Origin: an uncultured Acidobacteriota bacterium
GTDB lineage: Bacteria > Acidobacteriota > Thermoanaerobaculia > Multivoradales > UBA5704
Reading direction: 5' to 3'
Assembly (NCBI GenBank): GCA_963761805.1
Contig: CAVXIV010000017.1
Span: forward strand, 8,667-72,666
Length of the DNA: 64,000 bases
Shown: positions 1 through 10,300 of the stretch, in pieces
Position numbering within the stretch: position 1 is the stretch's first letter
Layout of the letters: every line of letters begins with the position of its first letter
Made by a program: the position numbers and the translations under genes
The notes under the pieces: generated by a model
The model's input: only the letters and a program-made list of their open reading frames with translations
What the model was told of the DNA's origin: nothing
Databases searched by the model: none

Positions 1-3000
1 CCTCCTTCGTGCTGATCGACGCCCTGCCGCTCTCTCCCAACGGCAAGGTAGACAGGCAGCGGCTGCCCGCGCCCGATAGCACGCGTCCGGAGGCTGGACC
101 TGTGCTCGTCGCGCCGCGAAACTCCATCGAGACCAGACTGGCGGAGATCTGGAGAGAGCTGTTGGGGCTCGAGCGGATCGGCGTGGAGGACGACTTCTTC
201 GAGCTCGGCGGCCATTCCCTGCTCGCTACCCAAGCCGTGTCGCGAGTCCGGGAGGCGTTCGGAGTGGAGCTGCCTCTGCGCACCTTCTTCGAAGGACCGA
301 CCGTGGCCGCCGTCGCGGGAGAAGTGGAGTCTTTGCGCCTTTGGGGCGGAGCGGACATACCCCCGATCGTGCCGGTGCCCCGGGAAGGCCCGCTGCCGCT
401 CTCCTTCGCCCAGGAGCGGCTCTGGTTCCTGCACCGCCTTGATGTCAGGACGTTGGCCTACAACGAATCGGCTGCCTTTCGCGCTGAAGGCCCCCTGGAC
501 GCCTCCGCCTTGCAGTGGAGCTTGGACGAGGTGCTCCGACGCCATGAGAGCCTGCGCACTACATTTCCGGAGGTGGAGGGGCAAGCGGTTCAGGCAATCC
601 AGCCTTCATTCCCTTTTGAGATCCCGTGGATCGATCTGCGAGAGCTTTCCCCTGCCGTGCGGGACGCGGAAGCCCGGAGACTGGCGCTCGGGCAGGCGCT
701 ACGCCCCTTCGACCTGACCCGTGGACCGCTCGTGCGGGGAATGTTGGTGTGCTTGAGGGACCTAGAGCATGTGGTGCTCTTCTTCTTCCATCACATCGCT
801 TTCGACGGCTGGTCGACAGGAATTTTCCTCCGCGAGCTGTCAGTCCTGTACAGATCCCGGATTGCGAGGACGCCTTCGCCGCTGCCGCCACTTGCTATTC
901 AGTACGCCGATTTCGCTTTCTGGCAGCGGCAGTGGCTGCGGGGAGAATTCCTAGAGCGGCAACTCGCCTATTGGCGGGAGAGGCTGACGGGTATCGGCGT
1001 GCTAGGCTTGGCCCTGGACCGCCCCCGGCCGGTTCTCCCCGTAGCACCCAGCGGTCATCGTTTTGTCACTATCCCGCCTGTTCAGGCGGAGAAGTTGCGG
1101 GTATTCGGCCGTAGCCGTAGCGCCACCCTGTTTATGACTCTCCTCGCGGGTTTCCAGGCATTGCTCCACCGCTACACAGGACAGGGCGACATCGCCGTCG
1201 GCTCGCCCATAGCCAACCGCAATCGTGGCGAAGTAGAGAAGTTGATCGGGTTTTTCGTCAATATGCTGGTCTTGCGCACCAATCTGGCCGGCGATCCGGG
1301 TTTTGGAGACCTCCTGGACCGGGTGCGCCAGGTCTCGCTCGGCGCGTATGCCCACCAGAACCTGCCCTTCGAGAAGCTGGTCGAGGAGCTCCGGCCCGAC
1401 CGCAACCTACGGCACACTCCCTTGTTCCAGGTCAGCTTCCAGCTGCTCAACGTCCCCGCTTCCTCTCTGAACCTGCCGCGGCTCTCGCTTCATCCCTTCG
1501 ATTTTATGGCCCGCTCGGCGAAGTTCGACCTCGACCTCGCGATGACGGACGACGCGGGGCAACTGCACGGCGTACTCGACTATGACGCCGATCTCTTTGA
1601 CGCCGTCACGATCGAGCGGCTGGTTGTCCACTATGAGATGCTGCTGTCCGCGGCCCTGGCAAAGCCGGAGCAGCCGATCTGGGAGCTGCCGCTGCTCTCC
1701 CCGGCAGAGCGTCACCAGACGATCACCGAGTGGAACGATACGATGGAGCCGCCGGCGGGCGAGGCGCTCGTTCACGAGCTCCTGGCAGTCCAGGCGGAGC
1801 GGGTGCCGGAGCTGCCGGCTGTCGTCCATGGGGGGGAGACGCTGACCCACGGCGAGCTGGCAGCCCGCTCCGATCGCCTTGCCGCTCACCTGAGGTCTCT
1901 CGGCGCTGGCCCCGACGTCCTTGTGGCCCTCTTCCTCGAGCGCTCGGCCGATCTGGTGGTGGCCCTGCTCGCGGTCTTAAAAGCGGGCGGTGCCTACCTG
2001 CCGCTCGAAACCTCCCTGCCGCGCCCGCGGCTGTCGTTCATGCTCGACGACTCGCGCGCCCCCATCCTGCTTACCCGGATGCGGCTGCTGTCGGCCCTCC
2101 CGGAACACTCTCCCCGTGTCGTCTGCCTCGACGATCTCCCAGAGAGCACCGGAGACTGTCCGGCCCTGCGACCGGCCGCCGACAACCTCGCCTACGTCCT
2201 CTACACCTCAGGCTCGACTGGCCAACCCAAGGGGGTGGCGGTAACCCACCGGGGGCTCGCGAACTACCTGCTCTGGGCAGCGGACGCCTATCCGGGAGGG
2301 GGAGCCCCGGTCCACTCGCCGTTCAGCTTCGACCTGACGGTGACCAGCCTCTTCCTACCGTTGCTCGCTGGCCGCTGCGTCGAACTGGTGCCCGAGGAGG
2401 AGGGAGTCGAGGGGCTGGCCGCGGTGCTCGTTAAGGGCGGTTGCGGGCTGGTCAAGCTCACGCCCGCGCACCTGGACATCCTGCAGCGGCTGCTGCCGCC
2501 CGAGCGGGTCCCGGGATGCGCGAGCGCGTTCGTCATCGGCGGCGAGCCACTTTCCGGTGAGCAACTCACATTCTGGCGTCTCCACGCTCCGGGGCTGCGC
2601 TTGGTTAATGAGTACGGGCCGACGGAGACAGTGGTGGGGTGCTGTGTCTACGAGATTCCTGCGGCGGGTCCTCCGGCTGGGCCGATGTCCATCGGGCGCC
2701 CGATCGCCAACACCCGGCTCCTGCTCCTGGACCCGCGGCTGCACCCGGTCCCGATCGGGGTACCTGGGGAACTTTATATCGGCGGCGCGGGCGTCTGCCG
2801 CGGGTATTTCCACCAGCCAGGTCTGACTGCGGAGAAGTTCATCCCCGATCCGTTCGCGGCTCCGGAGAACGCGGGAGCACGCCTCTACAAGACGGGAGAC
2901 CAGGCCCGCCAACTACCCAGCGGTGAGATCGTCTACATGGGCCGCCTGGACCACCAGGTGAAGGTGCGCGGGTTCCGCATCGAACTAGGGGAGATCGAAG

Positions 3001-4388
3001 CGGTCCTCGGCCAGTGCCCGGGTGTGCGCGAGGCCGTGGTGGTGGCGCACGGCGAGGGTGCCGGGCGGAGCTTGGCGGCCTACGTGGTGCCCTCCCCCGA
3101 GAGCGGGCTGGAGATCGCCGCCCTCCGGGAAGCCCTGCGCTCGAAGCTGCCGGAGCACATGATACCTTCGGCCTTCGTCACCTTGGAGCGCCTGCCTTTG
3201 ACGCCCAACGGCAAGCTCGACCGCAAGGTCCTGCCCGCGCTCGGCGCGGTGGAGGGAGGCGGCGTGGTGGCGCCGCGCAATCTGTTGGAGCTCGCGCTCG
3301 TACAGCTCTGGGAGGAGGTGCTGGAGCGAGGTCCGGTCGGCGTGACCGATGACTTCTTCGAACTCGGCGGCCACTCGCTACTGGCCGTTCGGCTTCTGGC
3401 CTTGGTGCGCCGCCGCTTTGGCCGCGACCTCGCCTTGGCCGACCTGTTCCGCGGCGCCACGGTGGAGCGCTTGGCGCAGTTGTTGCAAGTCGGCACCGGA
3501 CCCGTCGCCCGCCACCCCCTGGTCGCCGTGCGCCCCACCGGTGATGAACCGCCCTTCTTCTGGGTCCATCCGGTGGGGGGCAATGTCCTCTGCTACGCCG
3601 AGCTGGCCCGGAGCCTCGGCGCCGATATGCCGTTCTATGCTTTCCAGAGCCCGGCCCGCGACCCGGGGGCACCGTCTTCGATCGAAGCGATGGCCGAGCT
3701 GTATCTCGGCGAGTTGTTGGCTGCGCAGCCAACAGGCCCGTATCGCCTCGGTGGCTGGTCGATGGGGGGGCTTCTCGCCTTCGAGATGGCCGGGCGCTTG
3801 GTCCGGCAGGGCCATCATGTGGAGATGCTCGCCCTGCTCGATGCCTATCCAACGCCGGCCGTGGTGGGCGATGCTCCGCCCGAAAGACGCGACGAGGCTG
3901 GGTGGGTGATGTCATTCGCAGAGGATCTGGCCCGGACTCTGGGGCGCTCCCTCCCGGTCCCGGCTGAGCGGCTCCGCGAGGTGGAGGACTCTCTGGGTCA
4001 TCTCTTCGGGACGTTGCAGGAGGCGGGGCTCCTCCCCGCCGGTCTGGACCTCGACGAAGCCCGCCACCTTTACGGGATCTTCCGGGCTAACGCCGAGGCG
4101 CTCGCCGCCTACCGGCCGGCTCCCTACCCGGGTCGCATTGCACTGGTCCGTGCCGATCGCGGTCCGGCGGTCCGGCGGCACGACCTCGCGCAGGCCTGGG
4201 ATCTCCTGGCTGTGGGCGGCATCGATATCTTCGATGTCGCCGCTGACCATTACGAGATCCTCCGCGCTCCTCACGTCGAAGCCATCGCCCGCTTTCTCCG
4301 CCAACGTCTCGCGGCGCCGGAGCCCGCTCTCCAAGGAGGTGACGCGTGCAGCTCGCCGAGCTCACAGCTCGTGTCCCCGAGCGCCTGA
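1..4388 (+). CDS. NRPS, 5'-truncated by window: end of A, then T-C-A-T-TE; last A domain predicted Asn
   Basis: PNGKVDR A10 motif, GGHSL T domains, HHIAFDG C domain, YTSGSTG/YGPTE A motifs, GWSMGG TE; specificity code read by eye as DLTKIGEVG (Asn-like). Confidence 0.95.
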   Translation, partial: SFVLIDALPLSPNGKVDRQRLPAPDSTRPEAGPVLVAPRNSIETRLAEIWRELLGLERIGVEDDFFELGGHSLLATQAVSRVREAFGVELPLRTFFEGPTVAAVAGEVESLRLWGGADIPPIVPVPREGPLPLSFAQERLWFLHRLDVRTLAYNESAAFRAEGPLDASALQWSLDEVLRRHESLRTTFPEVEGQAVQAIQPSFPFEIPWIDLRELSPAVRDAEARRLALGQALRPFDLTRGPLVRGMLVCLRDLEHVVLFFFHHIAFDGWSTGIFLRELSVLYRSRIARTPSPLPPLAIQYADFAFWQRQWLRGEFLERQLAYWRERLTGIGVLGLALDRPRPVLPVAPSGHRFVTIPPVQAEKLRVFGRSRSATLFMTLLAGFQALLHRYTGQGDIAVGSPIANRNRGEVEKLIGFFVNMLVLRTNLAGDPGFGDLLDRVRQVSLGAYAHQNLPFEKLVEELRPDRNLRHTPLFQVSFQLLNVPASSLNLPRLSLHPFDFMARSAKFDLDLAMTDDAGQLHGVLDYDADLFDAVTIERLVVHYEMLLSAALAKPEQPIWELPLLSPAERHQTITEWNDTMEPPAGEALVHELLAVQAERVPELPAVVHGGETLTHGELAARSDRLAAHLRSLGAGPDVLVALFLERSADLVVALLAVLKAGGAYLPLETSLPRPRLSFMLDDSRAPILLTRMRLLSALPEHSPRVVCLDDLPESTGDCPALRPAADNLAYVLYTSGSTGQPKGVAVTHRGLANYLLWAADAYPGGGAPVHSPFSFDLTVTSLFLPLLAGRCVELVPEEEGVEGLAAVLVKGGCGLVKLTPAHLDILQRLLPPERVPGCASAFVIGGEPLSGEQLTFWRLHAPGLRLVNEYGPTETVVGCCVYEIPAAGPPAGPMSIGRPIANTRLLLLDPRLHPVPIGVPGELYIGGAGVCRGYFHQPGLTAEKFIPDPFAAPENAGARLYKTGDQARQLPSGEIVYMGRLDHQVKVRGFRIELGEIEAVLGQCPGVREAVVVAHGEGAGRSLAAYVVPSPESGLEIAALREALRSKLPEHMIPSAFVTLERLPLTPNGKLDRKVLPALGAVEGGGVVAPRNLLELALVQLWEEVLERGPVGVTDDFFELGGHSLLAVRLLALVRRRFGRDLALADLFRGATVERLAQLLQVGTGPVARHPLVAVRPTGDEPPFFWVHPVGGNVLCYAELARSLGADMPFYAFQSPARDPGAPSSIEAMAELYLGELLAAQPTGPYRLGGWSMGGLLAFEMAGRLVRQGHHVEMLALLDAYPTPAVVGDAPPERRDEAGWVMSFAEDLARTLGRSLPVPAERLREVEDSLGHLFGTLQEAGLLPAGLDLDEARHLYGIFRANAEALAAYRPAPYPGRIALVRADRGPAVRRHDLAQAWDLLAVGGIDIFDVAADHYEILRAPHVEAIARFLRQRLAAPEPALQGGDACSSPSSQLVSPSA

Positions 4389-7300
4389 GAGGGCTTTCTC
4401 CCCGGCAGCTCGAGCTGCTCAAGCGCGAGCTGCGGGGGCGGGGGGACGACCTCGCGAGCCTGCGGCTCCTGCGCTGCCTGGAGCCGCCGCGCGAGCTGCC
4501 TCTCTCCGCCGGACAGCGGAGGCTCTGGGTGGCGGACCGTCTGCGCCCCGGGGGGACCGCCTACAACCTCTGGCTCGCGTTCCGCCTCTTTGGCCCGCTG
4601 GAGATCGGATGCCTCGAACAAGCCGTCCTGGCGGTGGCGCGGCGCCACGAGGTGCTGCGGACGAGCTTCGCCGCGAGGGAGCCCGAGCCGGTCCAGATCG
4701 TCCATCGGGAGCTGCGTCCGGGCTGGGCGCTGGTCGACCTGAGCGGTCTTCCGGACGCGGTCCGGGAGGAGGTCCTGCTCCGGCTGGGCCGCGAGCAGAT
4801 CGCCCGGCCGTTTGACCTGGAGCGCGGTCCCCTGCTGCGCGGTGTCGTGCTCCGCCTGGCGGCTGGCGAGCACGCGGTGCTCGCCACCATCCACCACATC
4901 GTGTTCGACGGCTGGTCGGCGGGTCTCTTTCTGCGGGAGGTCGGGGCGCTCTACACCGCGCTCCTGCGGGGCGTGCCACCCCGCCTCCCGGAGCTGCCGG
5001 TCCAGTATGGAGACTTCGCCCTGTGGCAGCGGCGGAGCGCCGGCGAGGAGGGCTTGCGGACGCAGGCCGCGTACTGGCGGGAGGCCCTGCACGAGGCGCC
5101 GCGGGCGCTGCGCCTGCCCACCGACCGCTCCCTGGAGATCACCCACCAGCCCGCGGGTGCCTCGGTGCGCGTCTCTCTGGAGCCGGAGCTCGCGCGGGCC
5201 CTCCGCGAGTTCGCGCGGCGGCAGGGCGTGACCGTGTTCACCGTCCTCGCCGCCGGGTTCGGCGTGCTGCTGGGCCGCCTCGCGGAGCAGGACGACATCC
5301 TCCTTGGCACCCCGGTCTCGTTGCGTGACCGGAGGGAGCTGGAAGGGCTGATCGGTCTTCTCGTCAACACGCTCGTCCTCCGCCTCCGGCTGCAGGCCGC
5401 AACGGCTTTCCGCCGGCTCCTGGACGAGGTCCGGGACACCATCCTGGGAGCCCACGCCCACCAGGAGGTGCCCTTCGAAGAGGTCTTGGCCGAGGTCTTC
5501 GGCGACCGCTCGGCGTTCCCGGTGCAGGTGCTCTTCGGGCTGCTGAGCCTGCCGGGGAAGCCCCTGGAGATCCCGGGCCTCCGCTCACTCGGCATCGATC
5601 TGGAGATGGCGGAGGCCCCTTTTCCCCTGGCGCTGAACCTCGAAGACCGCGGTGAGGGGATCGCGGGCCGCATCGACTACCGCATCGCTCTCTTCGACCG
5701 GACCACGATCCACCGTCTCGCCCGTCAGTTGCAGACCCTGCTGCAAGGCGCCGTGACCGCGCCGGACCGGCTCCTGGGCGATCTCCCGCTCCTCTCCGCC
5801 GGCGAGCGCCACCAGGTGCTCCAGGAGTGGGCTCGGACGGGCGAGGAGCTGCCGGAGGGGGGCCTCGTCCTCTCTCTGGTGGATGCCTGGGCCGCCGCCT
5901 CGCCGGACGCGGTGGCCGTCGCCTCCGGCGAGAGGTCCCTGACGTACCGGGAGCTCGCGGCGGCTTCAGAGAGTTGGGCGCGCACGCTGCAGCGCCGCGG
6001 TGTCGGACCAGAGGTGGTCGTCGGGATCTGTGCCGATCCTTGCCCGGAGCTGATCGTAGGGCTGCTGGCCGTCCTGAGGGCGGGAGGCGCCTATCTCCCG
6101 CTGGAGACGAGCTGGCCACGGCCGCGGCTGGCGGCCATGCTCGAAGAGACGCGGGTCCCTCTGCTGCTGACCGTCCGGGGGCTCGCCGAAGGGCTGGCGC
6201 CGGCGGGGAGCACGGTTCTCGACCTCGCGCATCCGCCGCGGCGGGAGGCGTCGGCTCTCCAGCCGCCGCAGATCGAGCAGGACACCCTGGCCTACGTGAT
6301 CTACACCTCGGGCTCGACCGGACGGCCCAAGGGTGTGCAGCTCACCCATGGTGGGCTATGCAATCTCGTCCGGGAGCAGATCAGCCTCTTCGGCGTCCGG
6401 CCGGGAGACCGGGTCCTGCAATGCGCGCCGCTCTGTTTCGACGCTTCGGTCTCGGAGATCTTCATGGCGCTCGCCGCGGGCGCCGAGCTCCACCTGGAGC
6501 CGCGCGAGGCGCTGCTGCCGGGCGGGGAGCTGGCGGACGCGCTCAGCTGCCGGGCGATCTCGGTCCTCACCTTGCCGCCGTCCCTCCTCTCGGCCCTCCC
6601 GGCCTTGGAGTTCCCGGAGCTGAGGGTGCTGATCGTCGCCGGGGAGGTCTGTCCTCCCGACCTGATCGAGACCTGGGGAAGGGGACGCCGGCTGTTCAAC
6701 GCCTACGGGCCGACCGAGGCCACCGTCTGCGCCACCTCCGCAGCCTGTGAGCCCGGCTGTGGACGGGCTCCGATCGGCCGGCCGCTCGCCAACACGCGCG
6801 CCTACGTGCTGACCGCGGACCTCCGGCCCGTGCCTCCTGGGGCCGTCGGCGAGCTCTGGCTGGGAGGCGTCGCGCTCGCCCGCGGCTACTTCGGCCGGCC
6901 CGATCTGACCGCGGAACGCTTCGTGCCCGATCCCGTGGGGGACCTCCCGGGGGGCCGTCTCTATCGAACCGGCGACCTCGCCAGGTTTCTAGCGGACGGC
7001 CGTCTCGAGTGCCTGGGGCGCCGCGATCACCAGGTGAAGATCCGCGGAGTCCGCATCGAGCCGGGAGAGATCGAGGCGGTCCTGCGCCGCCACCCTGCGG
7101 TGGTGGAGGCTGCCGTCCTGGTCGACGGGAGGGCAGACCGGGATCGCACGCTGGTTGCGTACGTGGCCGCCGGCGGCCGGGAGACCTCGCCCGGAGATCT
7201 GCGCGGCTTCGTCGCGGCGGTGCTGCCGGCGGCCATGGTGCCCTCCGTGGTCGTGGTGCTCGCTGCGCTTCCGCGTACGGCCCAGGGGAAGGTCGATCGC

Positions 7301-10300
7301 GCCGCGCTGGCCCAGATAAGGCCGGAGGCCACCGCCGCCACGAGCCGCGGCGAGGCTCCGCGCACCGTCCTCGAAGGTCTGCTGCTGGAGCTCTGGGCCG
7401 AGACCCTCCAGCAGACCGGCCTCGGCGTCGACGACGACTTCTTCGCCCGCGGCGGCGATTCGATCGCCAGCATCCAGATCGCGGCCCGCGCCCGCAAGCG
7501 CGGCCTCGCGCTGGAGCCGAGCCGGATCTTCACAGCCCCGACCGTCCGCGTCCTGGCCGCCGCTCTGGAGGCGGAGAGGATCGCCCTCGGCCTCCCTGCG
7601 CGTCCGGAGGACCCGCGGGCCGTGCAGGAGCCGGCGGAGACGGTCTTCCCCCTGACGCCGGCGCAACACGGGATGCTCTTCTTCCACCTGTTCTCCCCCG
7701 CGTCGCGCGCCTACTTCCTGCAAGCTGCCTGCGCCATCCAAGGCAGCCTCGACGCCGGCGCCCTGCGGCGCACCTGGGAGGTGCTGCTCGCGAGGCACCC
7801 CGCTCTGCGGGCATCGTTCGTGTGGGACGGAGCAGCGGCGCCGTCGCTGCGGGTCCCACGCGACGTCGAGCTCCCCTGGCGGGAAGAGGACTGGCGCGGC
7901 CTCTCTGCTGAGAGCCAGCGCGCGGCCTGGGAGCGGCTCCTCCAGGAAGACCGCGAGCAGGGCATGGATCTCTCGCGGGCGCCGGTGATGCGCTGGGCTC
8001 TCGTCCGCTGCGGCGAGCGCTCCTGGCGTTTTCTGTGGACCTGGCATCACATCCTCCTCGACGGCTGGAGCGTCAACGTGCTGACCCGGGAGGGGCTCCG
8101 CCTGTATCAGGACTTCCGCCGCGGGGAGGAGCCGGATCTCGGCCCGGCCCCCTCCTATGCGGCCTATTTCACTTGGCTGCGGCGCCAGGACCGCGCTCGC
8201 GCGGAGGATTTCTGGCGCGGGCTGTGCGCCGAGACGCCCCCTGCCGGCCGCCTACCGCTGGATCTCGGCCAAGCCGCGAGCCCCCCCGCAATGCAGCACG
8301 TCCGCAGCGTCCACGCCCGGGTGCCGTCCGAGGCGCTGCGCGCCTTCGCCGCCGCCCACGGCCTCACCCTGAGCACTCTCGTGCAGGCGGCCTGGGGCTT
8401 GCTGCTGAGCCGGTGCGCGGGGACGGACGGCGTCCTGTTCGGGATCACCACCTCCGGGAGACCGGCGGCCGTACCGGACATCGAGGACCTAGTCGGGCTC
8501 TTCATCAATACGCTCCCCTTGAGCCTGCGCCTGCCGGTCCGGGTGCCGGTGCTCCGCTGGCTCCTCGACATCCGGGATCGCGTCCTAGCCGCGCGCGAGC
8601 ACGAGCACTGGCCGTTGCCCCTCATCCAGGAGTGGATGGGGGTGACGGGACCCCAGCCGCTCTGCGAGAGCATCGTTATCTTCCAGAGCCACCCCGCGCG
8701 GATCGAGCCGCCTGGCGGCGGCGCCGGCTTCGAGGTCAGCGAGGTCCAGAGCTTCAACCACACCAGCCATCCCCTCGTCCTCCTCGCCGTGCCCGGCCGT
8801 GACCTGTTGCTTGAGATCGCTTGGGATCCCGGGCGCTTCGACGCCGCGACCGTGCGGCGCCTGCAAACGCACCTGCACAGCTCCCTGGAGGCCCTGATCT
8901 CCGATCCCGAGGCCCATCTCGACGGCGTCGACGCGCTGCCGCCCGCCGAACGCCAGCAGCTTCTGTGCGAATGGAACGACACGGCGGGGGACAGCGAGCC
9001 TCTCCTCATCCCGCAGCGGTTCGGAAGAGTGGCAGCCGCACGCCCCGAGGCCATGGCGGTCGAAGGCGATGGCCAGGGTCTGACCTATGGCGAGCTGAGC
9101 TGGCGGGTGAGCCGTCTGGCCCGCCGACTGCGCCGCCTCGGCGTCGGGCCGGAGGCGCGGGTGGGAGTCCTCCTCGACAGAGACCCGGACCTGGTGGTGG
9201 CCCTGCTGGCGGTGATCGCGGCGGGTGGAGCTTACGTGCCCCTCGATCCTGCCGATCCGGCACACCGGACCGCGGCGGTCCTGGAGGACAGTGAGGCGTC
9301 CCTTCTGCTGACCAGGGAGCCCTTCGCCGATCACGCTCCAAGCGGGCGCTGGAAGATTCTCCGACTGGCCGCCGAGCCGCCGCTTCACGAGGAAGACCCC
9401 ACTCTCCCCGCGCTCGCCGGGCCGGACCACCTGGCCTGTGTGATCTATACCTCGGGGACCGGCGGGGCGCCGAAAGGAGTCATGGTGCGGAACGGCTCGC
9501 TCGCCCGCTACATCGAAGCGGCGGCGGACCGTTTCGGGATTGGGCCGGCCGACCGCGTCCTGCAATTCGCCCGCATCGGCTTCGACACCAGCGCGGAAGA
9601 GATCCTCACCTGTCTGACGCGGGGTGCGACCCTGGTGTTGCGGCGGGATCATCTGGCGGAAGCGGCGCCGGCTTTCACCCGTTTCTGCGAGGAGCGGGAG
9701 ATCACGGTCCTGGACCTCCCGACCGCCTACTGGAGCGCCTTGACGGAGGGGCCCGGTCTTGCAGCGGCCCGCGTGCCCTCCTCGTTGCGCCTGGTGGTGA
9801 TCGGCGGCGAGCGGGCCTCGCGGGAGGCGTTGCACCGCTGGCGTGCCTGGACCGGAGGGAGCGTACGGCTGATCAACACCTACGGCCCGACGGAGGCCAC
9901 GATCGTCACCTCCTGGTGGGAGCTCCCACCGGGGGACGATCCGGTGCCGGAGGTGCCGATCGGCCGGCCCGTGCCCGGAGCCCGGATCCATCTGCTGGAC
10001 GGCCGGATGCACCCCGTGCCGGCCGGCACCCCGGGCGAGGTGCACATCGCGGGCGCGGGTCTGGCGCGGGGCTATCTGGGCCGTCCGGAGCTCACCGCCG
10101 AGCGATTCATTCCCGATCCATTCGCGAACGGGCCCGGAGAGCGGCTCTACCGGACCGGGGACCTGGCGCGCCGACGGATGGACGGAGCCCTGGAGTTCCT
10201 GGCGCGTCTGGACCGGCAGGTCAAGATCCGCGGCGTGCGCGTCGAGCCGGAAGAGGTGGAGGCCGCTCTCCTGGCGCTGCCTGGAGTCCACCAAGCCGTG

